Of a stretch of DNA of 64,000 nucleotides, positions 35,311-48,645 are shown in pieces. This DNA is from Octopus vulgaris. Its lineage: Eukaryota. A program made the position numbers and the translations under genes. The notes below the pieces were generated by a model. It saw nothing but the letters and a program-made list of their open reading frames with translations. It was not told where the DNA came from and did not search any database. Within the stretch, counting starts at the first letter, position 1. Each line of letters opens with the position of its first letter. The stretch is taken from positions 68,200,001-68,264,000 of the forward strand of contig OX597828.1 in NCBI GenBank assembly GCA_951406725.2, given 5' to 3'.

Positions 35311-35928
35311 TATATACACACACACACACACATATATAGATAAATATCATCAATTAGCATCCATGTTCCATGCTGGCAAAGATTGGACAGTTTGACAGGA
35401 TCTAATGGGTCTAAAGACTGCATCATGCTTTAGTGTCTGCATTAGCTGGATGCCCTACCTAACGTCAACCCTTTTACAGATTGTAGTGGGTGCTTTATTT
35501 CACACCACCAGCACCAGTGAGGTTCATGCAGCTTGCAAAATTACAAACCCCATGAAGAGCAACTTCATTTTAGGGGATGTGGAGTAAAGTGCAAGAGAAA
35601 ACGGCCAGAGAAGAATAGGTTTCTTAGACAGACAGACAGATATAAATGCAGATATATCATCATCATCGTTTAACGTCCGCTTTCCATGCTAGCATGGGTT
35701 GGACGGTTCAACTGGGGTCTGGGAAACCAGGAGGCTGCACCAGGCCCAGTCTGATCTGGCAGTGTTTCTATAGCTGGATGCCCTTCCTAACACTAACCAC
35801 GCTGTGAGTGTAGTGGGTGCTTTTTACGTGCCACCAGCACAGGCGCCAGGCGAGGCTGGCAATGGCCACGATCAGTTGATGCTTTTTACGTGCCACCGGC
35901 ACGGAGGCCAGTCAAGGTGGCGCTTAGC

Positions 35929-37090
35929 TTAAAGTTCATAGGCTGACTAAGATACTCTTGTTATGCGACCAAATGTGGTTTTATTTTTCAACATAGTCCC
36001 CTTTGCAGTCCACACACTTCTTCCATCCTGTTGATCAAAAAAGTCGTTAACACCAGATATGACATCATTATCACTGCAATATTGGTTCCCAGCCAAGTGT
36101 ATTTTCATGTTAGGGAACAGATGATAATCAGATGGGACCAAATCAGGAGAATAGAGAGGCTGATCAACCAGTTCAACGCCACAGCCACACACCACATCCA
36201 TTGAAACCAGTGACTTGTGTGCTGGAGCATTGTCCTGGTGGAATGAGACTCCTTTCATCAGGTTTCCTGGGCATCTGATCTTGATAGCTTTTCATAATTG
36301 CCTCAGTAAATTATATAATATTGATGGTGTAGCACAATGTTTTTTGCATCCCCCAAAACCGAGACCATCACCTTCTCTGCAGATGAAACGACCTTGGGTT
36401 TTTTTTCAGAGCAGGTGCGTGAGGGGTGTGTGTCCACTGCATGGATTGTCTCTTTCTCTCTGACTCTAAGTAATGAAGCCAACACTCATCCTGGCTTAGG
36501 AAATGTTCAAGGAAACCAACTGCATCCGCGTCAAACAATGTCAGATTTTCCCAAGATGTGGTCAACCTGATGCTCTTTTGAACAGGCGTCACAAGATGTG
36601 GCACTCACTGAGCAGAGAGACTTTAGTCATGCCAAGTTCATTGTGCAGAATGTTCTCAACTCTCTCACAGGATATGCTAATGACATTGACTATTTGATTT
36701 ATAGTCAATCGCTTGTCATCCATCAGCATGTAGTGAACATGATTGATGTTTTCCTCAATGGTGGCTGTCACAGGACATCCGACCTTGGGTCATCTTCAAG
36801 ATTTTCCATTCCCCTCCTAAATTCAGCAGCCCACTTTTGCACTATTGATAAAGCAGGAATATCATCCCCTAATATAGCAAGCATATTAGTAGGAATGCCT
36901 TTGTGGGCTAAACCCTTTTTCTGCAGTGACTTGATAACACCACAATGTGAAATTTTGTCCATTTCTAAGACTACTAGTAAATTTTGTAGTCTTCTTTGAA
37001 CAGTCAGACGTTAGTATACCTGGAAAGAAACAATACAGTTATTAATGAGAAGAGTTGAAATTATTGCTTGCAAGATTTCACAGCTCTAGT
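35929..37090 (-). mobile_element. Decayed mariner transposase
   Basis: Frameshifted ORFs: VQKWAAEFRRGMENLEDDPRS, ENILHNELGMTKV, QDECWLHY, HQDNAPAH, YSPDLVPSDYHLF. Confidence 0.9.
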
Positions 37091-39109
37091 ATCTATTTCT
37101 TTACTACCCACAAGGGGTTAAACACAGAGGGGACAAACAAGGACAGACAAACAGATTAAGTCGATTACATCGACCCCAGTGCGTCACTGGTACTTAATTT
37201 ATCGACCCCAAAAGGGTGAAAGGCAAAGTCGACCTTACAGCTCTAGTATCCCTCTTTCATAGTTCCCCCACCTTTGTAGATGTCTTTTATCTTTTACTTC
37301 TTCAATCATTGGACTGCAGCCATGCTTGTGCCCCACCTTGAAGGGTTTAGTCGAACAAACCAGTCTTGGTGCTTATTTTCGTTTAAAGCCTGGCATTTAT
37401 TCTATCAGTCTCTTTTGTTAAACCACTATGTCACAAGGATGTAAACAAACCAACATCAGTTATCAAGCAAAAGTGGATGACAAACAAACACATCTACACA
37501 CACACACACACATATACGTATGAGAGGCTTCTTTCTGTTTCCATTCAACAATTCCACTCACAAGGCTTTGGTTGGCCCAGAGCCACAGTAGCAGACATTT
37601 GCGCAAGGTGCCAACAGTGGGACTGAATCTTAAACAATGTGGTGACAAAGCAAACTTCTTACCATACATCCACACCTAGAAAGAAAGAAAGGTAGGTAGG
37701 TAGGTAGACAGGTAAGTAGATAGAAAGACACACACACACATACACACACTGCATTATTTGAAACAGCTGCTGCCTCTCACAGCAATATCATTTTCATAAT
37801 CTGACATAAAAAACAGAAGCTAATACTTTACTCCATAGGCTGAACACTAGTTAAAAGAAAACCAGGAAAGAGAATGAACAGAATTTGTTGACACATGTCT
37901 GGTACACGTAAACATAGATTGTCAGTCTTTGATGGTATAACAACACTAAGCATAACACGTCATTATTGCTCCCCCTCTCCCCCTCTCTCTCTCTCTCTAA
38001 CAACCATACAATCTGTAGGAAACTGTTTTTTTGTATTTGGATTCGAGCGAGGTCGTTGCCAGTACCGCTTGACTGACCCCCATGCCAGTGGCAGGTAAAA
38101 AGCACCCACTACACTCTCGGAGTGGTTGGCGTTAGGAAGGGCATCCATTTGTAGAAACTCTGCCAGATCAAGACTGGAGCCTGGTGCAGCCATCTGGTTC
38201 GCCAGCCCTCAGTCAAAACCGTCCAACCCATGCTAGCATGGAAAGCGGATGTTAAACGATGAAGCTGAGACAGTTGCTGTATATTCTGTTGGAAACACTA
38301 GTCATAACTTCTTCAAATCATAATGTACAACACACTAGACAATGTAGTCTTAGTGGGGGATGGGCATGGATAGAGAGGTTGATTATTGTTCTAAATTACA
38401 TGACCATTAGCACTTTTCTCTTGCCTAGTTTTTGTTTTTTAATTTCCATTTGTCCTAATTTAGTATCAAGTGGAAATATAGTTGTGTGACATGTTATCTT
38501 TCAAAACTATTCATGTGTTTATTTAGATGGAAGCTATGCCACATGCTTTACAAAAAACATTTCTCATTAATTAAAATTAATCATTAGCAAAGAACAACTC
38601 CACACACACACACAAACCATTTGTTAGAGTACACTCACTGGTTTACCGCATTTCTAACAGAAACAAACATGGAAATGGCTGTAACTTACAACAGAACAAC
38701 CATTCCAGTGGACTTTGTAAAGAACAAGTTTTTCAGTTTTCTCACTGATGTGTATGTATGTATGTGTGTACATCATCATCATCATCATCGTTTAACGTCC
38801 GCTTTCCATGCAAGCATGGGTTGGACGGTTCGACTGGGGTCTGGGAAGTCAGGAGGCTGCACCAGGCTCCAGTCTGATCTGGCAGTGTTTCTACAGCTGG
38901 ATGCCCTTCCTAACGCCAACCACTCCATGAGTGCAGTGGGTGCTTTTTACATGCCACCGGCACAGGTGCCAGGGGAGGCTGGCAGCGGCAACGATCAGTT
39001 GGTGCTTTTTACATGTCACCAGCACAGAAGCCAGTCAAGGCGGTGCTGGCATCGGCCATGTTCGGATGGTGCTTTTTATGTGCCACCGGCACATATATAT
39101 AAATAAATC

Positions 39110-39430
39110 TAGGCACAGTCTCCAACCTTTGACCATTCAGAGTTATAAAAGGTTCCACATACATCTTGGAAGGAACAGGCTGGAACATTCTAACAGCCTT
39201 TTTTTTAGATTGGTCATTAGACCCAATGCTGCACATGCTGCAGAAATCGCATTCAGCATGTGCTGCATATCTTTCAGGGAATGTGCCAACAGGTCACAAT
39301 CATCTGTGTACAGCAACTCAACGTGGTGAGAATGCAGAACTTTTGTGTTGGCACAGAGTCCTTTTGATATTGAACCGTTTTCCCATTGTCCTATACCATC
39401 AGTACTGTTCGAGAAAAATTTGGGAGATAA
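39110..39430 (-). mobile_element. LINE RT fragment
   Basis: ELLYTDDCDLLAHS...LGLMTNLKK (LYADD region). Confidence 0.65.
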
Positions 39431-39620
39431 ACTGGAAATATACATACATGTATAACATATAAAATATATTAATATATAAATATAACATACAGGAATATAA
39501 ATTGGGAAAATATCTTACAGCTGTTTCAGCCAAGAGGCAAAAATACCTCATTCTACCTTTATTCTTCCAGTAGACTGAAGTAAATATGTAAATGAAATTG
39601 AGGTACTTAGGTGTTTCATC

Positions 39621-39678
<58 letters not shown>

Positions 39679-39825
39679 TGATTATTGTGTATGCTTATAA
39701 ATGTAAATATGTATGTACATTTAAGTGTAGATATATGTATTTATGCATATTTATATATGTATACATATGTATATGTATAAGTATGTAAATGTGTGTTTAT
39801 TTATAAATAACCTTATGTACTTTAT

Positions 39826-39957
39826 AAAATCTCTGACGAAACCTAGAGAAATACCCGAGTACCTCAATTTCATCTACTTATTACTTCAGTCTGCTGGAGG
39901 AATAAAAGTAGAATGAGGTATTTTTGCCTCTTGGCTGAAACAGCTGTAAGGTATTTT
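39826..39957 (+). ncRNA. Type I hammerhead motif with extended stem II
   Basis: AUCU-CUGACGA(39833-39839)-AACCUAGAG...CUCUUGGCU-GAAA(39937-39940)-CAGCUG-UA/AGGU; palindromic stem III. Confidence 0.6.
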
Positions 39958-40190
39958 CCCAATTTATATTCCTGTATGTTATATTTTAATAATTACTGGT
40001 ATCTTTATATATTAATATATATTATATGTAAAGCATAATATGTTATGCATGTATGTATAGTCTTGTAATTGTCATTTTAGTAAATAAATAAATAAGTTGA
40101 CATAATATGTCTAAAAGTTGACGAACCACCTCTTGATCCCCTCCATTTTCTTATTGCTATCTATCTATCTATCTATACACACACACACAC

Positions 40191-40221
<31 letters not shown>

Positions 40222-40610
40222 CTCTCTTTTTACTCTTTTACTCGTTTCAGTCAGTTGACTGCGGCCATGCTGGAGCACCGCCTTTAGTCGAGCAACTCGA
40301 CCCCGGGACTTATTCTTTGTAAACCCAGTACTTATTCTATCGGTCTCTTTTTGCCGAACCGCTAAGTTACGGGGATGTAAACACACCACCATCGGTTGTC
40401 AAGCGATTGGGGGGGGGGGGACAAACACAACACACAAACATATATATATATACATATATACGACGGGCTTCTTTCAGTTTCCGTCTACCAAATCCACTCA
40501 CAAGGCTTTGGTCGGCCCGAGGCTATAGTAGAAGACACTTACCCAAGGTGCTATGCAGTGGGACTGAACCCGAAGCAAGCTACTTACCACACAGCCACTC
40601 CTATGCCTAC

Positions 40611-40646
<36 letters not shown>

Positions 40647-41154
40647 GCACATACATACAACAGGTTTTTTTCACAATTTCCTTTCAATTCCACTCACAAG
40701 ATATTGGTCAACTGTAGGCTATAGTACAAGGCACTTGCTCAGGGAGCTGTACAGTGAAATTGAACCCTGGACAACAAGACAAAGCATATTTCCTCCCTAC
40801 ACAACTCTGTTTATATATATATATTTGGTTGCTCCACATTCCTACCATGTAATCTGTTAATCCAATCCAGACCATTTCTCAGTTACTTTTATGACAAACA
40901 TTGAGAGAGCAAAATTACTGTTGGTAGATATAATTCTTATTGTTTAGTCCAGTTCACTGGGAGTTCTAGTTACATCTCTATAGTTTCCCCAAACAATAGG
41001 CTTATGGTGCCACTGAGGTGAAACCTGAGAGTCCCAGTCAACTTAAGATGATTAATATACGCAAAGGCACACAAATGTGGGCATTAAATAAAGTTACAAA
41101 AAGCCACGTAAAAAGCACACAGCACACTGTAAAGTGGTTGGTGTTAGGAAGGGT

Positions 41155-41533
41155 GGATCTTTTCGCTTTGACTGGCAGATTTTTTAAATAATCTCTTTGT
41201 AACTAAACACTTTTAAACTTCGTATACTGGTAGAATGTGTTACATAAAACATTTTTTTCTCTTGGCTTTCTTGAGAAAATTCTGTAGTTTGTAAGCTATT
41301 TGTTGTTTAATTTCTTGCATTTCGGCAATTTCAACCAATCAATGATGTCTATTGAGGTGAATACAATTTCTGCCGTAGTATGTCAACAATAGCTTTCAAA
41401 CTACAGAATTTTCTCAAGAAAGCCAAGAGAAAAAGATGTTTTATGTAACACATTCTACCAGTATACGGAGCTTAAAAGTCTTTAGTTACAAAGAAATTAT
41501 TTTCAAAATCTGCCGGTCAAAGTGAAAAGATCT
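41155..41533. mobile_element. Long-TIR MITE (Merlin-like) inserted in a SINE
   Basis: ~150-bp TIRs starting GGATCTTTTC; 8-bp TSD GGAAGGGT (41147-41154, 41534-41541). Confidence 0.8.
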
Positions 41534-42887
41534 GGAAGGGTTCCCAGCTGGAGAAAGCAACCTGGTGCAGCTCTGGTCAAGCCACCTAACCCATTGGAAA
41601 ATGAATGTTAAAGAATGATGATAATGATGATGATGCACAAACACACACACACACACACACGTATATTTAAACTACCAACCCACTCCCCCATCCCACCTCA
41701 CCTTCTTATCTAAATCTTAATTAAAAACAACAGATCTATCTCCCACTATTGATTAATATCAAACTACTTTACAACTATTTCAGAGATTTTGCTGGGTTTC
41801 ATAATAAAATAAAGACAGATTAAACATCTTTTCAGATATATACCTAGGACTACATTATCCAGAGTAGTCCTAGATACATTATGGCATTTTCTTAAAGACA
41901 ATAAACAGAATCTGAATTAAAGATCTGACTGCTATTTCTAGCAGATCACATAACCAAATAGTCTCCCTCACTGACACATTGATTAATTAAGTTTGTTTCT
42001 ATTTAATTCAAAGACTCCCAAAATAATGAAATATAATATTCCCTGTGGTTTGTAACTATGGTAACAAAGATATAACTGTATCCAAGCAGCAGAGGTCAAC
42101 GCTGTAATGTCCGTAATCATCATCATCGTCATTGTCATCAACAGGACAATAATAACTTGTCATGCATAAAATGCAAATCTTAATTCCATCCTCGGCTTTC
42201 ATTGACGATGACATTCTGAACACAACAACTTGGATGGACACAAACACATTCTTCCTTTCACTCAGTTATTACATCATTTATCAAAATATTTATTTCCTCT
42301 TGAAAAAGCAAGAAATAATGTCATGAATACTGAAACCTTTCAACAGGAATACTGTTGGAAGGTCAGATATTTTATATGCAACAGCAGATACTTGCTCTTT
42401 CTTAGCCAGCAGCACAACCACCACCACCTACGACAACCTGTAGGCAGATCACACACACACACACACACACACAGAGTTCTTCATATCTTGTTTCTTTTGA
42501 CAGTTTCCTACACCGAAAATATAGCAACATAGCATTCAAAATAAACCAAACTGATTGCTACTCAATCAGGAAATATTTTTCATTCAACTAAAAGACAAAA
42601 AAAAAAAAACAAGGAAGAGATTGTTGTTTTTACCCAAGAAAACCTAATTATAATGAAAAACAAAAACCTGAAAAATATTATTTTTGTACAGTTTTTATTT
42701 TTATATTGCTAAGAGTGAATAAAAGCAGAGTAAATTACAGGTGAAAAACAAACCATCTGATGGTGACAGTAACGGGGGAGTAGCTGTAACACAGTATGGA
42801 ACAAGTATGGTAATGAACTTTACCTCAAAGAGCAATGGTTTTTCAGTTTTCTTATCACAAATTTACTTCTTTTGCTGATATATAAAC

Positions 42888-43288
42888 AGGCGTAGGAGTG
42901 GCTGTGTGGTAAGTAGCTTGCTTACAAACAAAATGGTTCTGTGTTCAGTCTCACTGTGTGGCACCTTGGGCAAGTGTCTTCTACTATAGCCTCGGGCCGA
43001 CCAAAGCCTTGTGAGTGGATTTGGTAGACAGAAACTGAAAGAAGCCCATTGTATATATGTATATATATGTATGTGTGTGTAGATGTTTGTGTGTCTGTGT
43101 TTGTCCCCACCAACATCGCTTGACAACCGATGGTGGTGTGTTTATGTACCCGTAACTTAGCAGATCGGCAAAAGAGACCGATAGATTAAGTACTAGGCAT
43201 ACAAAGAATAAGTCCTGGGGCCGATTTGCTCGGCTAAAGGCGGTGCTCCAGCATGGCCACAGTCAAATGACTGAAACAAGTAAAAGAG
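42888..43288 (+). mobile_element. tRNA-derived SINE family B, representative copy
   Basis: A box TGGCTGTGTGG, B-box-like GGTTCAGTC, CCTTGGGCAAGT core, internal (TG/TA)n; copies at 24886-25272, 31708-32095, 34697-35064, 40221-40610, 46168-46610, 52125-52556. Confidence 0.85.
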
Positions 43289-44478
43289 CATACATGTATG
43301 TACATTATACATACATACACATGTATATTCCTTTAGCATTTCAACCAAAATATTCTACCTGTTATATGTTTAAACTAGCCAGATCCTGCCTCTCACACTT
43401 ACCCTACAATGTTAGTTTAAAAAATATACAACCACAATCAAAATCTCAAGGCTACAACACAATGCAGGATAAATTCAAAATAATGTGAATAAATAAGCGT
43501 TAGATTTGATAGAATAATCTGCTTGAGTGTGTAATGAAGTTTATTTAATTACTAGCTGTTGATCCATACACCTGTCCTGCCAAGATCATCTGCTTATCTC
43601 TCTATCAACTTTTCAGATTAAAGCAGACAAGAGAAAAAAACATAGCTTTGTCAAACTCCTTTCCTAATGTTAAACCAGTTTTTTAACTTAACATCCCCAT
43701 CTAAAAATCACTTGCTGACCAGTGTGCAATCTCTGTAGTAAGCTAAGTATACTAAAACACAGCAGTAAATATGAGTCAATAAGGTTGTCATTCAACCGGT
43801 TAGAAACAATAGCCAAATCTTCCCCAAGTAACATTCAACCATCTCATACAAAGAAGGTCATATTACAAAATACCTATTTCTTTACTACCAACAAGAGGCT
43901 AGACACAGAGAGGACAAACAAGGACAGACAAACGGATTAAGTCGATTACATCAACCCAGTGCGAAACTGGTACTTTATCTAATCGACCCCAAAAGGATGA
44001 AAGGCAAAGTCGACCTCGGCGGAATTTGAACTCAGAACGTAACGACAGACGAAATACCGCTAAGCATTTCGCCCGGTGCACTAACGTTTCTGTCAGCTCG
44101 CCACCTATATTACAAAATATAGTCCAAGAGAACCTCAAGAAGATGATTAGTTTATGGACGAGATTTTTTGATAAGTTTGCACAATTGAGGGTAATTTGGG
44201 GTTAAACTACTACTACTACTACTACTACATGTTAATGTTATATAGTAGTTGTAAAATACTCACTAAAAATGTGAATTGACAATATGCAATGGCCAGCTGG
44301 AGCCATATTTCACTCACATTTTCTACTGATGTTGATTAAACCATTTCTCTTCTCTGTTGGGTGGTGGCACAAATGCTGTGCTCCCACCAAGCCCTCCTCA
44401 AAAAGAAAAGTTGCTGGTTTGCTTTTTTTCTTTTGATACCTTTATTTACAGTTTTCTTATCTTTCAAATATTTTCAAG

Positions 44479-44516
<38 letters not shown>

Positions 44517-45086
44517 AAAGAGAGATAATGGTGTCATTGAGACCCAAAGGTGTCAGGTAATGCTGAATAAGTGCTATAGACAGACCATAGTTAAGTTCCA
44601 GATTTGGTAATATTGCGAATAAAGGGTTCAACGTTGGTTCTGTGTCAGTGTGTGTATATATGAATTTTTTGTGTAATGAGATAAAAAAAACCAAGGCTGT
44701 ATAGATATTAGAGCATTTATAAATAGAAGGTCTTACAGCTGTTTCTAGGATATTAATTAATAATAACATCCCTTAATCGGAGACGGTGTGAGAGGAAAAG
44801 TTAAGTCATAGTTAGTTTCGATGTGATACAAATAGAGAGTGAGGTGGAGGAAAGAAAATAGATGTAAGATATGTATGGTTATTGAGTTCATAAATCCGTT
44901 TTATAGGCATAATGGTATATATGTGTAATATTCCAATCTCCTTTGAGTAAAATCCAAAAGTCCAACAGGAGTTTAATATGAGTCCATCCAAATGTAAAGT
45001 TTATAAGCAATGTAAGATTTTCTTAAAGTTGGTCATTCCCAGTAGGGAATTTATATAGAAAGTAGCAGATTCGAGGTCTGTGTTTA

Positions 45087-45133
<47 letters not shown>

Positions 45134-45135
<2 letters not shown>

Positions 45136-46060
45136 TGAGGCGGTATCAAAAGGTTCCCAGACTAGTTCTGTAGCATGCCAATAGATGGCAGCACAAGATT
45201 CCGTGTGCAGTGAGAGCTAGCAGTGACCTCATCAGGCAGTGTGCTGAGTGACATCACTGTAGTTACTTCACAAGTTGTGAAGTTTGTGTTTTTGTGATCA
45301 CATGTAGGCTTTAGTCTGCAATTTTTGTCATAGACAGGAAGTTGGAGCAGAGAGTAAATTCAAATTTAGTGTTAAACTTGGGAAGTCTGCTGCGGAGACA
45401 TTGAGCATAGATTGGCAAGCTTACAGTGACGAGGCAATAGGTCATACGCAATGTTTCGAGTGGAATGGGCATTTCAAAAGCAGAAGAACATCCCTGAAAG
45501 ACAATGAGCAATCTGGAAGACAAAGAGTGATCTGGAAGGCGGTGAGTGACCTGGAAGACTTGCCACAAGCATCACCCCCAGAAATGTGGAGAAAATTCAT
45601 CAGCTGGTGCCTGAGGACTGTCAGAGGACAACCAACAACGTTTTGAAGTGTTTGAAGGAGGACAGTTGGCAAAGGCAACCAGATCTGTGGATCATGAAGA
45701 ATTAAATTCTTCATGATGACCCCATGCACCCTATCATCATATTCTCTTCACTTCTTTCTAGCCAAAAAACAATTCACCAAATTTAGCACCTGCAGACTTC
45801 CAACTCTTCTCCAAGATGAAAAGGCAGCTCACAGGTCACCGTTTTAACACCATCGTGAAGATCATGAGCAAATCACAGAAGGTCCTCAACTTGTTTACAG
45901 AAAATAATATCCAGGCCAGATTCTAAAAGTGGCAGGAATGCTGCAACTGGTGCATTGTTGCGCAAAGTGACTATTTTGAAAGAGATGATGTTATAACTTG
46001 TGTAAAAAAGATTATTTTTTATTAAACATTACTAGTCCAGGAACTTTTCGATACCACCTC

Positions 46061-46063
<3 letters not shown>
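45134..46063 (+). mobile_element. Internally deleted mariner element with TIRs
   Basis: TIRs CATGAGGCGGTATCAAAAGGTTCCCAGACTAGT / ACTAGTCCAGGAACTTTTCGATACCACCTCATG inside (TA)n; residues QCFEWNGHFKSRRTSLKDNEQSGR and LAPADF. Confidence 0.85.
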
Positions 46064-46111
<48 letters not shown>

Positions 46112-46384
46112 CATACATATATATATATATATACATATATATCATCATCATCATATATATATATATATTCTTTTATTTGCTTCAGTCACCTGACTGCGGC
46201 CATGCTGGAGCACTGCCTTTAGTCGAGCAAATCGACCCCAGGACTTATTCTATGTAAGCCTAGTGCTTATTCTATAGGACTCTCTTTTGCCGAACCGCTA
46301 AGTTACGGGGATGTAAACACATCAGCATTGGTTGTCAAGCAATGTTGGAGAGACAAGCACAGACACACAAACATATACACACAC

Positions 46385-46418
<34 letters not shown>

Positions 46419-46686
46419 ATATTTATTTATATACATACATATATACGATGGGCTTCTTTCAGTTCAGTTTCCATCTACCAAATCCACTCACAAGGCTTTG
46501 GTTGGCTCAAGGCTATAGTAGAAGACACTTGCCCAATGTGTCATGCAGTGGGACTGAACCTGGAACCATGTGATTGGTGAGCAAGCTACTTACCACACAG
46601 CCACTCCTGCACTGCATATATAGTCAATATAACATATATCAGAAAAACACACTCTAAAGAACAGAGCAGTAAGTATTAAAATACAT

Positions 46687-46752
46687 ATAGAGTCTGATGA
46701 GCTGTCCACAAGGCTGTAGCTTTTATGGATATGAAACCATTGGTCACTCTAT
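46687..46752 (+). ncRNA. Type I hammerhead ribozyme motif
   Basis: AUAGAGU-CUGAUGA-(UGUCCA...UGGAUA stem II)-GAAA-CCauuGG-UC/ACUCUAU: 7-bp stem I, intact core, GUC triplet. Confidence 0.8.
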
Positions 46753-46770
46753 GCTCAGAATTTAACTTTT

Positions 46771-46828
<58 letters not shown>

Positions 46829-47029
46829 AATTTATAATTTACTTATGATTTGAGAGACATTCTCTAGAACAATACTCTGTGTAAAACCCAAAATATGATA
46901 CCCTAGTCATAACCCGAACTTCTAACTTGTTGTCTCTTGAGGTCTCATGGTGAGACTTGAAGTCAACATGTGCAAAAGCCAAACAATAATAATAATATGT
47001 AAGCCATAAATTCCTTAGCAGTTCCAGTT

Positions 47030-48410
47030 ATTACTTATAGCGACAATGTGTTGAACTGGAATATAGGTGAAGTAAAGAAATTGACAGAAAAATACACAAG
47101 CTGCTGAATTGTAAAAAGATGCACCACCCAAAGACAAACACAGATCATCTTTACCTTCTCAAAGCCCAAGGAGGTTGAGGCTGGATCCAATTTGAAATCT
47201 CTTACAAAATCACTACAACTGAACTGGCCTAATATCTTACAAAACAAACGACTGGAGGCTAAGACTCATTGAAAATCACAAGAGGCATAAGAAGATGCAT
47301 TCTGTCATAAAGGAGAGCAAAAAATTTGCTATTGACCCCATGCATGATACCCTTGCTAAAGAACCTGATAGATGTGCAGCAACTGTTGTTGCAAAGAAGA
47401 TGAAATCAATGGCAAAGAAAAAAAGTGCAAAAGCAAATGGCTGACAGCTGGAAACAGAAACCTCTGCATGGCAAATATGTGGCCCGTAGCAAACAAGCAA
47501 ATGTAGACGAGAAGCACACCCACCAGTGGCTATGGAGCTTAGGGTTAAAGGCAGAGAGCGAAGGCTTCATCATAGCTGCTCAAGATCAAAGCTTACTGAC
47601 CAAGCCAATGTGATGAAAAATGGAGTAGATCCAAAATGCTAATTCTGCAATGATGTGATTGAAACAGTGGACCCCTAATTTTGTGTATGTAAAGGCTTAG
47701 CACCAGTGGAGTACAAATCAAGACATGACAGTTAACCAATATCTACACTGGTTAATATGTCAGGATTATAAGATCAAAACTACCAACGAGTGGTATAATC
47801 ACCACCCTGGGGTTGTAACTGAGGGAGAAAATGTAACAACTCCTTGGAACTTTCCAGTACATACAGACCAAACCATCAAAGCTAATAAACTGGACATTGC
47901 TGTAAATGCCAAAAACAATAAAGTCTGTTTATTTTATCAACATGAGTATTCCTTGTGATTATTATATCTCAGCAAAAGAATTTGTCAGGCTTAGAAAATA
48001 TGAAGATTTGCTCATTGAAATTGAAAAAAATGTGGCATCTCAAGGAAGTTACAATGCCAGTGATTGTAGGAGCACTAAGAATGATCAGAAAAGGAAGTGA
48101 AAATTATTTGCGAGTGATCCCTGGCTTACTATCTCGGCAAGAAGTTCAAAGCATTGTTTTAACAGGCACATCACATGTTTTGAGAAAAGCATTGTTGATG
48201 TGAGAATAATTACCGCCCATGTATTATAATTTTTTTCTTTTCACATAACTTCTTTTCATTTTGGAAATGAACAACCTGGTGTGGCTAGTTTAATGACCTA
48301 TCAATGTATATAGCAAATCTCTCCGCCCTAGAAGTCATAAAAAGGGGCTCAGCAAGAAATGGAAACAAAATTGAAAGAAGAAAAGCCAATAAAAATAATA
48401 ATAATAGAAA
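47030..48410 (+). mobile_element. Decayed R4/Dong-clade non-LTR retrotransposon, 3' part (restriction-like endonuclease)
   Basis: HHPK.NTDHLY...GG.G, WKQKPLHGKY, IIAAQDQSL, ANKLDI, MSIP.D, KY.DL.IE, PVIVGAL; (AAT)n at both ends. Confidence 0.8.
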
Positions 48411-48645
48411 ATAAGAAGAGCATGATGTGATTTGAAATAGATTGTTTTATTTAATGGTTTGAACGATATTCCAACAGATTCTCTGTCTGTCTTCAAGTTC
48501 AAAATATAAAATGAAGAACAACTGTAGAAACACAGAAATTCAAAATCTAAACAGGAAATCCTGCATTCTTATTTTGATAGAATGACATCATCAGTTTTCA
48601 GTTTTGTAACTGGTAAAAGGAAAAAGAAAGAAAAAAGAAGAATAT

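Noticed and set aside
38936-39092. CRISPR-like repeat-spacer pattern (GGTGCTTTTTACGTGCCACCGGCAC x3)
   Set aside because: The spacers are homologous to each other, the unit recurs in ~20 dispersed SINE copies, the context is a eukaryotic intron and there are no cas genes.
42056-42247. 63-aa minus ORF as a missing CSTF3 exon
   Set aside because: No similarity to the CstF-77 N-terminus and it contains a (GAT)n microsatellite.
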